64,000 nt of DNA, taken from assembly GCA_035286045.1 (NCBI GenBank), contig JAYKIG010000038.1, positions 11,810 to 75,809 of the forward strand, in the 5' to 3' direction. Source of the stretch: Cyanobacteriota bacterium (lineage in GTDB: Bacteria; Cyanobacteriota; Cyanobacteriia; PCC-6307; Cyanobiaceae). Shown piece by piece: positions 32,691-43,295 of this stretch. The notes beneath the pieces are model-generated. The model saw only the letters and a list, made by a program, of their open reading frames with translations, made no database searches and had not been told where the DNA came from. Both the position numbers and the translations under genes were made by a program. How positions within the stretch are numbered: position 1 is the first letter of the stretch; every line of letters begins with the position of its first letter.

Positions 32691-33160
32691 GGAACAGGGA
32701 AACCTGGTTCCTTTTGAGGAGTGGGTGAGTTGAGTTTGAGTTTGCTCATCACCTGCTTGCCTTGGGCTGGCTGGGCAAGGAGACGCTCTTGATCCAGTTG
32801 ATAAACCAAACGTTCTGCTCGGATCCGTTGTCCATCGGAATCAATGACGTCTACATCACCTGAGAGAATCAAACGCCCTTCTTTTGAGAAATATTGGGCT
32901 TGTTTTGATGTGGCAACCATCCCTTTCTCTGGGTATGTAATCTTTACATTGCCAGTGGCTGTGACAATACCTGTTTGATTATCGGCTTGTTGAACGTCAG
33001 ACTCAATTGTGACCAGGCTATCCTCCTGAATAGCGGGTGCCGAACTGGCAGCTGCTTCCACTGCCCAAACCGGCTCTGAGAGTGAAAAACGAAATGGGAT
33101 CGTGATGGTGGTTGCAAAAAGCAACGATTTCAAAATTAAACCCAGAGACTTGGCTGTCAT
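32687..33160 (-). CDS. lptA: LptA/OstA family protein
   Basis: Signal peptide; TIESDVQQAD..TGIVTATGNV, QAQYF; upstream of lptB. Confidence 0.85.
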   Translation of the reverse strand: MTAKSLGLILKSLLFATTITIPFRFSLSEPVWAVEAAASSAPAIQEDSLVTIESDVQQADNQTGIVTATGNVKITYPEKGMVATSKQAQYFSKEGRLILSGDVDVIDSDGQRIRAERLVYQLDQERLLAQPAQGKQVMSKLKLNSPTPQKEPGFPVP

Positions 33161-33537
33161 ACGCTTTTCAGATAGGGCATTGGAAGAGAAGAGGGATCTG
33201 TCTGATTCTGAAGAGCAGACAGTCGCTTCCTCACCAAATCGTGCAGAAGCACAAGATCATATCCGACCCCAAGAGATGTGAAGCTCTCCAGATGATTCAG
33301 ACCTTCTGCCATAAGAAGCGTCGATCCCCTTGTATTTCCATTCTCAAGGTGGTACTCAGCTACGGAGATCTGAATGATTCCTTGTAAGAGCTCTCTAATC
33401 TCGCCGGAAGCATTATGCCACAACTCTTCAAATTGATCATGGGCATGATACCAATTCCGAGCATTGAATGAATGGACCGCTTCGCAGAAGGGACTTGAGG
33501 TGAAATATTCTGGAGAATTAGCAGACAAATAACACAT
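33157..33537 (-). CDS. DUF309 domain protein
   Basis: FN...WY.AHD.FEELW, LQGIIQ..VA.YH...GN.RG. Confidence 0.88.
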   Translation of the reverse strand: MCYLSANSPEYFTSSPFCEAVHSFNARNWYHAHDQFEELWHNASGEIRELLQGIIQISVAEYHLENGNTRGSTLLMAEGLNHLESFTSLGVGYDLVLLHDLVRKRLSALQNQTDPSSLPMPYLKSV

Positions 33538-33543
33538 AAGCTC

Positions 33544-35337
33544 CTATCGACGGAGAGGTTTTTTTGCAGGCAGTTTGCGTAGACGAATACTTTCAGGTGT
33601 AACCTCAAGCATCTCATCCGAACCGATATACTCCAATGCCCTTTCTAGGGTCATTTGAATGGGTGATTGAAGAGTGTCAAGTTCTTCAGCTCCAGCGGAA
33701 CGCATATTTGTAAGTTGCTTAGTCTTACAAACATTGATTTCCAGGTCTTGCGGACGATTATGTTCACCGACGATCATACCCTTGTAGACCTTTGTTCCAG
33801 GGGTAATAAAGAACTGACCCCTATCCTCAGCATTTTTAAGCGCATAGAATGTTGAGGTACCTTCCTCAAAGGCAATCAAGACTCCATTTCTCCTAAGATC
33901 AAAATCTCCTTGCAGTGGGCGATAGTCATGAAAAGAATGACTCATGATTCCTTCGCCACGGGTAGACCGGATGAAATCACCTCGAAAACCAATCAATCCT
34001 CGAGAAGGAACGACAAATTCTAGTTGAACCCTGGAATCGCTACCTGTTTCCATGTTCATCATTTCAGCTTTTCTTGATCCCAATTTTTCGATACAGGTAC
34101 CAACACTGGGCTCAGGCACGTCAATGACAAGCATTTCATAGGGTTCATGAGGGATACCATCGATTTCTCGGAAGATCACCTGGGGCTGGCTGACCTGAAA
34201 CTCGTATCCTTCACGACGCATCGTCTCAATGAGAATACCAAGATGAAGTTCACCGCGACCGCTGATCAGCCAGCGATCGGGTGAATCCGTGTCTTCAAAG
34301 CGTAATGCGACATTGGTCAAGAGCTCTCGCTGCAGACGATCGCGCACCTGGCGACTAGTAACAAACTTCCCCTCTCGTCCAGCAAAAGGAGAGTCATTAA
34401 CAACAAATGTCATCTGTAAAGTAGGCTCATCCACCTTGATTAAGGGAAGGGCTTCTGGATGATCAGGGCATGCAATCGTCTCACCAATATTGACCTCGTC
34501 AAAACCAGCAACTGCTACAATATCACCTGCTCTGGCCTCCTCAGTCTCAACCCTTCTGAGCCCTTGAAAACCAAGCAGCTTGGTAATCTTTCCACGTTTA
34601 ACTGATCCATCATCTCGAATTAATGCAACAGGTTGACCATTCTTAATGGTGCCATTATGGACACGACCAATAATGATTCTTCCGAGGAAATCATTGTAAT
34701 CGAGTGTTGTTACCTGTAACTGCAATGGTTTGCTTGGATCTCCAACAGGAGCTGGCACATGACGTAAGATGGCCTCAAATAGAGGTACCATTGATGAACT
34801 TTCAGCTGCCATCTCAGCTTTGGCATATCCACCCATCCCACTGCCAAATAGATAGGGAAAATCGCATTGGTCATCATCAGCGCCAAGCTCAAGAAAGAGG
34901 TCTAAAACCTTATCTAAGGCTTGCTCAGGCTCCACACGGGCCCGATCAATTTTGTTCACAAAAACAATGGGTCGTAAACCCTTCTCTAGGGCCTTCTTCA
35001 ATACAAACCTGGTTTGCGGCATGGGGCCTTCATTGGCATCAACAATGAGAAGACATCCATCAACCATGCCAAGAACCCGCTCGACCTCTCCACCAAAATC
35101 AGCATGGCCCGGGGTATCAACAATATTAATCCTAACTCCCTTGTAGTCTACAGCGGTATTTTTGGAGAGGATCGTTATGCCTCTTTCACGTTCAAGGTCA
35201 TTAGAGTCAAGAATGCATGTTGGTATAGCTTCACCGTCGCGAAACACACCAGATTGAGTGAGCAGAGCATCAACAAGTGTAGTTTTGCCGTGATCAACGT
35301 GGGCAATGATTGCAAGGTTACGTATTTGGGATTTCAT
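33544..35337 (-). CDS. typA: translational GTPase TypA/BipA
   Basis: [53 protein letters not shown]. Confidence 0.98.
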   Translation of the reverse strand: MKSQIRNLAIIAHVDHGKTTLVDALLTQSGVFRDGEAIPTCILDSNDLERERGITILSKNTAVDYKGVRINIVDTPGHADFGGEVERVLGMVDGCLLIVDANEGPMPQTRFVLKKALEKGLRPIVFVNKIDRARVEPEQALDKVLDLFLELGADDDQCDFPYLFGSGMGGYAKAEMAAESSSMVPLFEAILRHVPAPVGDPSKPLQLQVTTLDYNDFLGRIIIGRVHNGTIKNGQPVALIRDDGSVKRGKITKLLGFQGLRRVETEEARAGDIVAVAGFDEVNIGETIACPDHPEALPLIKVDEPTLQMTFVVNDSPFAGREGKFVTSRQVRDRLQRELLTNVALRFEDTDSPDRWLISGRGELHLGILIETMRREGYEFQVSQPQVIFREIDGIPHEPYEMLVIDVPEPSVGTCIEKLGSRKAEMMNMETGSDSRVQLEFVVPSRGLIGFRGDFIRSTRGEGIMSHSFHDYRPLQGDFDLRRNGVLIAFEEGTSTFYALKNAEDRGQFFITPGTKVYKGMIVGEHNRPQDLEINVCKTKQLTNMRSAGAEELDTLQSPIQMTLERALEYIGSDEMLEVTPESIRLRKLPAKKPLRR

Positions 35338-35424
35338 GCAATGAGCCTGGAAAGAGATGGAAGATAAGCCAGCGGGAGTTGGCCATCTGGGTTAACGTAT
35401 CTTACATAACCACTGGTCTGTGGA

Positions 35425-36276
35425 TCAGCGCACCTGCCCGCCTCGAACATCTTGGATGAGCCGCTGAGCGGGCTCGAATAACCGGAGAGACTCCGTGCTG
35501 CCCTCATATCGCCAGTGCCATGGTTCAAAGCTGATGGACTGGGGATTGTTTTCAGGGAAGGAAAGAACAAACTGAAACCGCGCTGCATTGCCCTTTAACC
35601 ATTGGTATGATCGCGTGTGGGCAAAACTGGGGGAAAGATTCGTCTGTGGCTGGCTGAGATCACCAATATCTATGGCATACCCTGTGCTGTGCTCCGAAAA
35701 CCCTGGAGGTGCACTGACCTTGGCTCGCTCAAGGGAGGACTGGTTTCTGTTGGCCTTTACTTCAAAGAATAACTTATTTTGTTCAGATAACGACCGAAAG
35801 GCACTCAGGGGGATCAGTTCAACTCCATCGGTGGCAGCTGAGCGCTGCATTTCGAGAAAAGCCTTGGCCGCATCAGGCCTGAGCAAGTGACCTGGTGCGA
35901 TTTCAACCATCTGCGTGGGATTGGCCTCAGGATAGGGGAAATGGCCCAACAAACGTCCATCTCTGGAGAGATGGGCATAGAGACCAGAGACTGGGGAAGC
36001 TGGAAAAAAGACGCGTAGAAGACCGGTTGCGACAACGCCACCGCCCAAAATCAAGAGCAGAACAGGGAAAGTGGCTCCGGAAAAAGAGAAAAAAGATCGT
36101 TTTTCCTGCACACCATGGAGGACGTGAGACCTCAATGCAATTGGAATGTCGTCAAGAGAGCCCTCGTTCTTTGTTTTTGTAGAAAATTCTTTTCGATTCA
36201 CGCAGGAGGCTGAAGACAAAGCTGTTGCCTGGTGGCTGGCGAGAGCTTTCAGCCAGACACACCAAGAGTGGTCCAT
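35425..36276 (-). CDS. M15B D,D-carboxypeptidase (VanY-like), membrane-anchored
   Basis: SAFRS, APPGFSEHSTGYAID, FEPWHW; the true start is probably downstream of 36276. Confidence 0.88.
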   Translation of the reverse strand: MDHSWCVWLKALASHQATALSSASCVNRKEFSTKTKNEGSLDDIPIALRSHVLHGVQEKRSFFSFSGATFPVLLLILGGGVVATGLLRVFFPASPVSGLYAHLSRDGRLLGHFPYPEANPTQMVEIAPGHLLRPDAAKAFLEMQRSAATDGVELIPLSAFRSLSEQNKLFFEVKANRNQSSLERAKVSAPPGFSEHSTGYAIDIGDLSQPQTNLSPSFAHTRSYQWLKGNAARFQFVLSFPENNPQSISFEPWHWRYEGSTESLRLFEPAQRLIQDVRGGQVR

Positions 36277-36375
36277 GAGAATGCTACATGATATGCGCCA
36301 TTTTCATCCAGATCCTCAGGGGCAGACCACAGGTGATAGCTTGAGAGTAATTCCATTGTTGGAGTTGGTTTCAAA

Positions 36376-37734
36376 ATGTTGCGAGTCGCTGTTGTTGGTG
36401 GTGGACCCAGTGGTTCATGTGCTGCCGAAGTACTGGCAAAAGCAGGGATAGCAACGTGGCTATTTGAACGCAAACTAGACAATGCCAAACCCTGTGGCGG
36501 GGCCATTCCCCTCTGCATGGTCAGCGAATTTGAGATCCCCAGTGAAATCATCGACAGAAAGGTGAGGAATATGAAAATGATCTCTCCATCTAATCGAGAA
36601 GTGGATATCCATCTTAACAACGAAAATGAATACATTGGAATGTGCCGAAGGGAGGTACTTGACTCGTTTCTAAGGGACAGGGCAGCCCATCTAGGCGCCC
36701 AACTCATCAATGGTCTTGTCCAATCCATTGACACCGGACGCAATAGAGAGGGTCCCTACACGATTCATTACTCTGATTACAGCAATGGTGGCGTAACAGG
36801 CGAACAAAAGACCTTGGAGGTGGACCTGATTGTTGGTGCAGACGGGGCGAACAGCAAAGTCGCAAAGGCTATGGATGCTGGGGACTACAATATGGCGATT
36901 GCGTTTCAAGAAAGAATCAGGCTTCCGCGCGAAGAAATGTCCTATTATGAAGATCTAGCAGAAATGTATGTAGGCAGCGATGTCTCGCCAGATTTTTATG
37001 CATGGGTTTTTCCAAAGTACGACCATGTCGCCGTTGGAACAGGGACTATGCAGAAGAATCAAGGGATGATCAAAGGACTGCAAAAGGCCATCCGCACACG
37101 TGCCAGTAAAAGGCTTCTCATGGGCGAAGTGATTAAGGTGGAAGCCCATCCCATTCCCGAACATCCGCGTCCTCGCCGAGTTGTTGGTCGTATGGCACTG
37201 GTGGGTGATGCAGCAGGTTATGTCACCAAAAGTTCAGGTGAGGGAATCTATTTTGCAGCAAAGAGTGGCCGTATGTGCGCGGAAGAAATTGTGAAGGCAA
37301 GTGCCAATGGGCAACAAATTCCAAATGAGTCGGATCTGAAGGTTTATTTGAAAAAATGGGACAAGGCGTATGGCCCTACCTACAAAGTATTGGAGATTCT
37401 GCAGAACATCTTTTACAGCAATGATCCTGCACGAGAGGCATTTGTAGAAATGTGTGATGATCAGGATGTACAGCGTCTTACTTTTGACAGTTATCTATAC
37501 AAAAAAGTCGTTGCAATGAATCCATGGCAGCAAATTAAACTGACCTTCCGAACTCTGGCCTCTGTACTACGAGGACAAGCCCTTGCACCCTCTCAATACA
37601 AGCCTATTAGTAGTGTGGTGAGAACTGAAGCAGAAACTCAAGCCCTGTTGCAAGTCACACCACGAATTCCAGCGTCCGTTGGTTCATTCACCAAATTACC
37701 TGTGAACAATACTGAACAATTGCTCCACCGCTAA
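36376..37734 (+). CDS. chlP: geranylgeranyl reductase
   Basis: VVGGGPSG, AKPCGGAIP, GADGANS, SPDFYAWVFPK, GDAAGYVTKSSGEGIY. Confidence 0.98.
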   Translation: MLRVAVVGGGPSGSCAAEVLAKAGIATWLFERKLDNAKPCGGAIPLCMVSEFEIPSEIIDRKVRNMKMISPSNREVDIHLNNENEYIGMCRREVLDSFLRDRAAHLGAQLINGLVQSIDTGRNREGPYTIHYSDYSNGGVTGEQKTLEVDLIVGADGANSKVAKAMDAGDYNMAIAFQERIRLPREEMSYYEDLAEMYVGSDVSPDFYAWVFPKYDHVAVGTGTMQKNQGMIKGLQKAIRTRASKRLLMGEVIKVEAHPIPEHPRPRRVVGRMALVGDAAGYVTKSSGEGIYFAAKSGRMCAEEIVKASANGQQIPNESDLKVYLKKWDKAYGPTYKVLEILQNIFYSNDPAREAFVEMCDDQDVQRLTFDSYLYKKVVAMNPWQQIKLTFRTLASVLRGQALAPSQYKPISSVVRTEAETQALLQVTPRIPASVGSFTKLPVNNTEQLLHR

Positions 37735-37744
37735 ACATCCATAT

Positions 37745-37960
37745 TCAGTGAGTCTGATAGGCAGGATCTACCCAACAACGGGGAAGGGACTCTCCAGATG
37801 GAAAATAAAGATCTTGCTTTGAATAATCCTGAGCTTCCTGTAATTCTTCACCACCGTGAAGTCTCGCCGGTACATTGTGTGCAAAAGGATCAAATAAAAG
37901 CTTGAGATCGAGAATCTCTATAATGCTAAATCCATCTTGGTCTTGCAGTTTCAGAAACAT
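37745..37960 (-). CDS. conserved small cyanobacterial protein
   Basis: MFLK...LFDPF...GEELQ...FPSGESLPRCWVDPAY, a recurring cyanobacterial family. Confidence 0.8.
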   Translation of the reverse strand: MFLKLQDQDGFSIIEILDLKLLFDPFAHNVPARLHGGEELQEAQDYSKQDLYFPSGESLPRCWVDPAYQTH

Positions 37961-38042
37961 GGAATGCATCTCAGGCGATCACCATGAGATCATATCCATG
38001 ATTTAGGCTCGAGTACGGGCTTTTAGAAGCTCAAGAGAAAAC

Positions 38043-38309
38043 CTATTCAAGGTGTGATTGATTTATAAGGTGTCCCTTACTTTGTTTCAGATCTTTCCAA
38101 ATGCGTTTTATTTGCGCATAGGCTTCCTCTTGCGTTATCTTCCCATTTCCTTGCAACCCCACAATCAGACCTACCCTTTCGGCAAAAGTTTCAAGATTCT
38201 GGTGAAACATTAGCCGTTCAGGAGACCAATCCTCACCCCGATAGCTTCCGTGCGTCTCCATGGGGGACTTGACTCCTCCCTCTCCCTGGGATGGGACGGA
38301 TTGATCCAT
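38043..38309 (-). CDS. conserved small cyanobacterial protein
   Basis: YRG..WSPE.L.F..NL..FA.RV..I..L...GKI...EAY..IK..WK.LK.SK pattern; start uncertain. Confidence 0.8.
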   Translation of the reverse strand: MDQSVPSQGEGGVKSPMETHGSYRGEDWSPERLMFHQNLETFAERVGLIVGLQGNGKITQEEAYAQIKRIWKDLKQSKGHLINQSHLE

Positions 38310-38452
38310 GGGTTCATCTCGGTCAGGATGGGCAGACGGCGGCATTGTTGCTTCGACACGACCTACACACTTACAGTAGCTACTAATGAATTGCCTCGTC
38401 TGCGCTAGCGACCAAGGCAAGTTTTCCCTACACGCCAGATGGAATCTGATCC

Positions 38453-39553
38453 GTGCTACGACTGACACCAGGCGCCTTCAGTTCCCAGCTGCTTGAACAC
38501 CGTCCTGGTGGTTACCCCCGGGAAGCCTATCAACATGGAGGAATCAGTCCGACAACCATCGACGCCATTCATTTTGCAGGGGGTCTGGCCCAACACCATG
38601 GCACTGTCGATAGCGAAACATTAATTACCTTAAAAGAACGGGGACTCAGTTTATGGGTTCGAATCCGGGGTCTGGCTCACCATAAAGAGATCATGAAGGT
38701 CTTTGATGCGCTCGGTGTCCCACCTGTGCTTAGAGAACCACTGATTGAAACACCCCAGCGTCCTCAGGTTGATTGCCTGAACGATGTGATCATGGTTGTT
38801 ATCCACCGCCTTACTTTCGCAGCAACTCCTGGCCATCTGATTAGTGACCAGGTGGGAGTCTTACTGCTTCCAGGAATACTAGTTACTGTCGAAGAGGTTG
38901 CAAGAGAGGGGGCATTTCCGGAATTAACGAAGTGGATCCTCACAGGAGATGATGCCATTGAAGACAATGATCTTGATAATATCCTTCATTTTGTCATTGA
39001 CGATATCCTTGACGATATTTTCCCAATGCTTGAAACGATATCCTACCAACTGGATGGGTTGGAAGAAGCTGTTTTAAGGCGTCCGAAGCCAAAGCTTCTT
39101 GCGAATACCTTTCGCTACCGCGCCAATCTACGCACGATTCGTAGCCAGATCTGGCCCTTGCGGCATCAGATTCAAATTCTCCTACGAGAGCACCAAAGCT
39201 TGCTTGGGAAAGAGGCCCTGGGAGGTTTCCAGGAGATGGGTGAGCTCGTACAACTTCTCTACGAAAACTGCGAAATGCTTCGTAATCAGTGTGATGCCAT
39301 CACGCAGGCCTATAGCGTAGGGGTTGGCAATCGGATGAATCAAGTGATGAAGACATTAACAATTCTGACAAGTATCTTTGCACCACTAACATTCATTGCA
39401 GGGATCTATGGGATGAATTTTGAAAACATGCCTGAATTGAAATGGCACTATGGCTATTTTGCGATCCTCGTTCTCATGAGTTTTGTGGGCTTTATTCAAG
39501 CCTATTGGCTATGGAAACGCGGATGGTTCCAGGATTGGACTGCCCAGCGATAA
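38453..39553 (+). CDS. corA: magnesium/cobalt transporter CorA
   Basis: QRPQVD, MNQVMKTLT, PLTFIAGIYGMNF..MPEL, two C-terminal TMs. Confidence 0.95.
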   Translation: MLRLTPGAFSSQLLEHRPGGYPREAYQHGGISPTTIDAIHFAGGLAQHHGTVDSETLITLKERGLSLWVRIRGLAHHKEIMKVFDALGVPPVLREPLIETPQRPQVDCLNDVIMVVIHRLTFAATPGHLISDQVGVLLLPGILVTVEEVAREGAFPELTKWILTGDDAIEDNDLDNILHFVIDDILDDIFPMLETISYQLDGLEEAVLRRPKPKLLANTFRYRANLRTIRSQIWPLRHQIQILLREHQSLLGKEALGGFQEMGELVQLLYENCEMLRNQCDAITQAYSVGVGNRMNQVMKTLTILTSIFAPLTFIAGIYGMNFENMPELKWHYGYFAILVLMSFVGFIQAYWLWKRGWFQDWTAQR

Positions 39554-39582
39554 GTTTGTCGCAAATCTGAACTTCCCCAATT

Positions 39583-39601
39583 CTTAATCCAATCATAACG
39601 A
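39583..39601 (+). promoter_or_regulatory. putative Pho box upstream of pstS
   Basis: CTTAATCC-aat-CATAACGA: two 8-mers at 11-nt period resembling the cyanobacterial YTTAAYYW consensus, about 55 nt before pstS. Confidence 0.5.
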
Positions 39602-39655
39602 CTAGAGGCTCCTCCATGCATTAACCAAAGAGTGCATCCTCAAGGTGTTACTTCA

Positions 39656-40636
39656 ATGGCCTTCCATCAGAAGGTGTTCAGCTACAGTCTTCTCGTTGCG
39701 ATGTCTGCCGGGGTCGCGGCTTCCGCTCAACAAGCCATCAGTGGCGCCGGTGCCACCTTCCCCGCCCCGTTCTATCAGGCGGCCTTTCAGTCTCTTTCCG
39801 CCAGCGGCGGCCCAAAAGTCAACTATCAGTCTGTGGGCTCCGGAGCAGGTGTGCGTCAATTCATTGCTGGCACCGTCGACTTTGGGGCTTCGGATGAACC
39901 CATCAAACCCTCTGAAGCAGCAAAGGTAGCCAGGGGTGTGGTTCAGATTCCAGTGGTGGGCGGAACCATTGCTGTCGCTTACAACAAATCTGATTGTCCT
40001 GACCTGAAGTTGACCCAAAAACAGGCGGCGGACATTTTTTTAGGAAATATCAAAACATGGGAAGCACTGAAATGTGGCAAAGGGCCCATCAGAGTTGCCC
40101 ACCGTTCTGACGGTTCAGGCACAACCTTTGCCTTCACTAACTCCCTCTCCAGTTTTTCACCAGAATGGAAAAAAAGAGTGGGCGAAGGGAAAAGCGTTAA
40201 TTGGCCTGTTGGCGTCGGAGGCAAGGGCAATGAAGGTGTCTCTGGCATTCTCACCAACACGCCAGGGTCGATTGGATATGTCAATCAGGCGTACGTCAAG
40301 GGCCCTCTCAGGGCAGCTGCACTGCAGAACAGGGCAGGAAAATTTGTGAAGCCCAACCTGAAATCAGGTGCCGCTGCCCTTAATGGCATCAAGCTTAATA
40401 GCGACCTTGCTGGTGAAGATCCCAATCCCATGGGTGTGGAAAGCTACCCGATCTCCACGCTAACGTGGATCCTTGCCTACAGAAAAGGCAATGGACAGAA
40501 GGCCGATGAGATTCGTAAGGCCATCACCCATCTTCTGGGACCTGCACAGGCCAAGGCCGATGATCTTGGCTATGTCCCCCTGAAGGGAACCATCCTGAAC
40601 AAAGCCAAGCGCGCCGTCACCCAGATCGGAAACTGA
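39656..40636 (+). CDS. pstS: phosphate ABC transporter substrate-binding protein
   Basis: GAGATFPAP, YQSVGSGAG, DFGASD, HRSDGSGTT, GKGNEGV, YPI. Confidence 0.97.
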   Translation: MAFHQKVFSYSLLVAMSAGVAASAQQAISGAGATFPAPFYQAAFQSLSASGGPKVNYQSVGSGAGVRQFIAGTVDFGASDEPIKPSEAAKVARGVVQIPVVGGTIAVAYNKSDCPDLKLTQKQAADIFLGNIKTWEALKCGKGPIRVAHRSDGSGTTFAFTNSLSSFSPEWKKRVGEGKSVNWPVGVGGKGNEGVSGILTNTPGSIGYVNQAYVKGPLRAAALQNRAGKFVKPNLKSGAAALNGIKLNSDLAGEDPNPMGVESYPISTLTWILAYRKGNGQKADEIRKAITHLLGPAQAKADDLGYVPLKGTILNKAKRAVTQIGN

Positions 40637-40654
40637 TTGTATCCCTGTCGATTT

Positions 40655-40684
40655 AGCCGCCGGAATACCCGGCGGCTTTCTTAT
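40655..40684 (+). terminator. intrinsic terminator after pstS
   Basis: AGCCGCCGG-AATAC-CCGGCGGCT followed by a T-rich tract. Confidence 0.8.
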
Positions 40685-40769
40685 TCTCTTCTTAACCCTG
40701 AGATCAACCGACCTTCCCTCAAGGATTGGGCGTTACATCTAGCGTTGACGTACCTTATGGCTAAGCCCT

Positions 40770-41402
40770 ATGGGAATCTCACCGCTACGAGAAGCAAGCA
40801 ACAGCGATCGTTTCCGTGAGCTGCTTGAGACAAGTTATCAGCGCACCTCACTGGTGCAGATGGGTCCGGGAAGTTCCGTGCCTCTGCTTCGTCATCATGT
40901 TTGGCTTGTTGTTCGCGGTATGGTGAAACTGGGATGCGTCACCATTCACGGCGATGAGGTGTTGCTCGGGCTAGCTGGCCCCAATGAACTGTTTGGCGAC
41001 TCCCTGGCAGGTCCAGACGCTTACGAGGCAACGACACTTTCGGAATGCGATCTTCTGTGTCTTTCCCATGCCGAATTGGACAAGCACCCCTGTCTTGGTC
41101 CAGCCCTTGTGGAGGCTGTCAGTCAGAGACAACGCCAGAGTCAGGCCATGCTGGCCTTGATGGGATTGAGAAGGGTGGAGGATCGGGTCAGAGCTTTTCT
41201 AGAATTACTGGCCCTTGATTACGGTGTGGCTTGTCCACAAGGCTTAAAGCTCACCCCCAGATTGACACATCAAGAAATAGCCAGTGCATTAGGTACGACA
41301 AGGGTGACAGTAACGAGAATCATCGGCCAACTCAGAGAGATGGGATGGCTGAGCATCGATGTCCATCGCTCCATCATTCTGGCTCCCCTCCCCAGACGGT
41401 GA
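40770..41402 (+). CDS. Crp-family regulator, PtrA-like
   Basis: VRGMVKL cNMP-fold, RVEDRVRAFLELLA, LTHQEIASALGTTRVTVTR HTH; lies between pstS and phoB. Confidence 0.85.
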   Translation: MGISPLREASNSDRFRELLETSYQRTSLVQMGPGSSVPLLRHHVWLVVRGMVKLGCVTIHGDEVLLGLAGPNELFGDSLAGPDAYEATTLSECDLLCLSHAELDKHPCLGPALVEAVSQRQRQSQAMLALMGLRRVEDRVRAFLELLALDYGVACPQGLKLTPRLTHQEIASALGTTRVTVTRIIGQLREMGWLSIDVHRSIILAPLPRR

Positions 41403-41458
41403 ACACCCCGTTCTGGAGCTTTCCTGCAGGAATTGGATCGCTAGGGCAAAATGAGACG

Positions 41459-42148
41459 ATGAGCCCTTCCCTGCTGATTGTTGAAGACGACGAGACCATC
41501 AGGGAAACCATCCGGGAAGCCCTTTTTGTTGAAGGTTTTGATGTGACGGCCTGTGGGGATGGCCAAGCCGCTCTTCAACTGATTGAACAACATCGCCAGG
41601 CCCCTTTCTCCCTGATCGTGCTCGATCTCATGCTTCCGGGAGTCAGTGGTCTGGACCTGTGTCGAAAAATGCGCGCCTCCGGCGATCAGACCCCCATCCT
41701 GGTGGTCAGCGCCAGGGACCATGAGACTGATCGAGTGCTGGGCCTGGAGGTGGGCGCAGACGATTACCTGGTCAAGCCTTTTGGCATGCGAGAGTTGGTT
41801 GCGCGAGCGAGGGCCTTGCTGAGACGAAGCACCACCCAAGCAGCTCCGACACAGGTGCTGAGCCATGGGAACCTGCGTCTGTATCCAGAAGAATGTCGCG
41901 TGACACGAGATGGAAAGGAGATCAACCTTTCCCCAAAGGAGTACCGACTGTTGGAACTCTTTATGCAGAACCCCAGACGAGTCTGGAGCAGAGATAAGCT
42001 CTTGGAGCACATCTGGGGTCACGACTATTTTGGTGACAGCAAAACAGTGGATGTTCACATCCGCTGGTTGAGAGAGAAGTTGGAGGAGAATCCATCAGAG
42101 CCGATCTTCCTGCAGACAGTTCGGGGCTTTGGCTATCGATTTGGTTAG
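41459..42148 (+). CDS. phoB: phosphate response regulator (PhoB/SphR, OmpR family)
   Basis: IVEDD, LDLMLP, GLEVGADDYLVKPF, KTVDVHIRWLREKLE, TVRGFGYRF; pho context. Confidence 0.9.
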   Translation: MSPSLLIVEDDETIRETIREALFVEGFDVTACGDGQAALQLIEQHRQAPFSLIVLDLMLPGVSGLDLCRKMRASGDQTPILVVSARDHETDRVLGLEVGADDYLVKPFGMRELVARARALLRRSTTQAAPTQVLSHGNLRLYPEECRVTRDGKEINLSPKEYRLLELFMQNPRRVWSRDKLLEHIWGHDYFGDSKTVDVHIRWLREKLEENPSEPIFLQTVRGFGYRFG

Positions 42149-42161
42149 TGAAGGATTTTGA

Positions 42162-43295
42162 ATGCTGGAAACGCTAACCTTGCTTCTAACTTTCGCAGGA
42201 ACATTAACTTTTGGAATCGCTATCGGACGATATGCTTATCTCAGGCAAGGAAAGCTCCGCTTTCAGCCGACGAGGGAACAGTTGTTGTCATGGATGGATC
42301 AAGCCCCAGTGGGCTGGATCATCCTGGATCAGCTCAACACTGTAAGCTTCCTGAATCTAAAGGCACAGCGACTGTTGGAGATTCCAACCTCTTATCGCTT
42401 TTCCTTATCTCTTGAAGACCTCAATGACCACAACGTTCTAATGGACCTTGTGGACAATGTGCGCGATCGCTCGAAACCCCAACGGGTGGAATGGGATTAT
42501 GGGCAACAAGAGCTTGAAGCCTTCGCTTTTGATGGACAACAAGGCTCGGTTGCCATTCTTCTGCAGAGCCGACGTTCCTTGGAGGCCCAACTGGACCAAC
42601 AGGAGAGATGGGTCAGTGATGTGGCCCACGAATTGAAAACTCCGCTCACAGCCCTTCTACTGGTGGGCGACAGCCTGGCAGGAAAGGTGACTGATCAAAA
42701 CGCTGTCCTGGTTGAACGGTTATTGAAGGAATTGAGACGCATGCAGGATTTGGTTGGCGATCTTCTGGAGCTATCTCGTCTGGAGAACGTGTTGCCTGGA
42801 GAGGGGATTCAGAGTGAACCTGTGAATCTTCTCGCCCTACTAAAAGAAGTATGGAATGGCATCAAACCATTGGCTGATCAAAAGCATCTCTATTTAGACA
42901 TCAACTTCGAAAGAGGGGAGGATGCAATTGAAGCAACGGTTTACGCCGACAAAAGAAGACTGCACAGAGCCCTTCTGAACCTTTTTGATAATGCGGTGCA
43001 TTTTAGCCCTTGCGGCAGTGGGATACAGGTTGAAATGCAGGCGACTGCTGATTGGGTGCGTATCGGTATCCTCGATCAAGGGGTTGGGCTGAGCGAGGAG
43101 GATATGAAACACATGTTTGATCGTTTTTATCGGGGGGACAGTTCACGATATCGACAACATCGTGGCGGAAGCGGCTTGGGTCTCGCAATCGTGCAACAGA
43201 TTGCCCTAGCCCATGGCGGCTGGGTGTTTGGAGAAAATGACAGCAGGGGGGGAGCACGCTTCGAGCTTCGACTACCTGTCAGGTCGATCCTGTGA
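42162..43295 (+). CDS. phoR: phosphate sensor histidine kinase (PhoR/SphS)
   Basis: N-terminal TM, SDVAHELKTPLT H-box, NLFDNA, DQGVG, FDRFYRGD, GSGLGLAIV. Confidence 0.9.
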   Translation: MLETLTLLLTFAGTLTFGIAIGRYAYLRQGKLRFQPTREQLLSWMDQAPVGWIILDQLNTVSFLNLKAQRLLEIPTSYRFSLSLEDLNDHNVLMDLVDNVRDRSKPQRVEWDYGQQELEAFAFDGQQGSVAILLQSRRSLEAQLDQQERWVSDVAHELKTPLTALLLVGDSLAGKVTDQNAVLVERLLKELRRMQDLVGDLLELSRLENVLPGEGIQSEPVNLLALLKEVWNGIKPLADQKHLYLDINFERGEDAIEATVYADKRRLHRALLNLFDNAVHFSPCGSGIQVEMQATADWVRIGILDQGVGLSEEDMKHMFDRFYRGDSSRYRQHRGGSGLGLAIVQQIALAHGGWVFGENDSRGGARFELRLPVRSIL

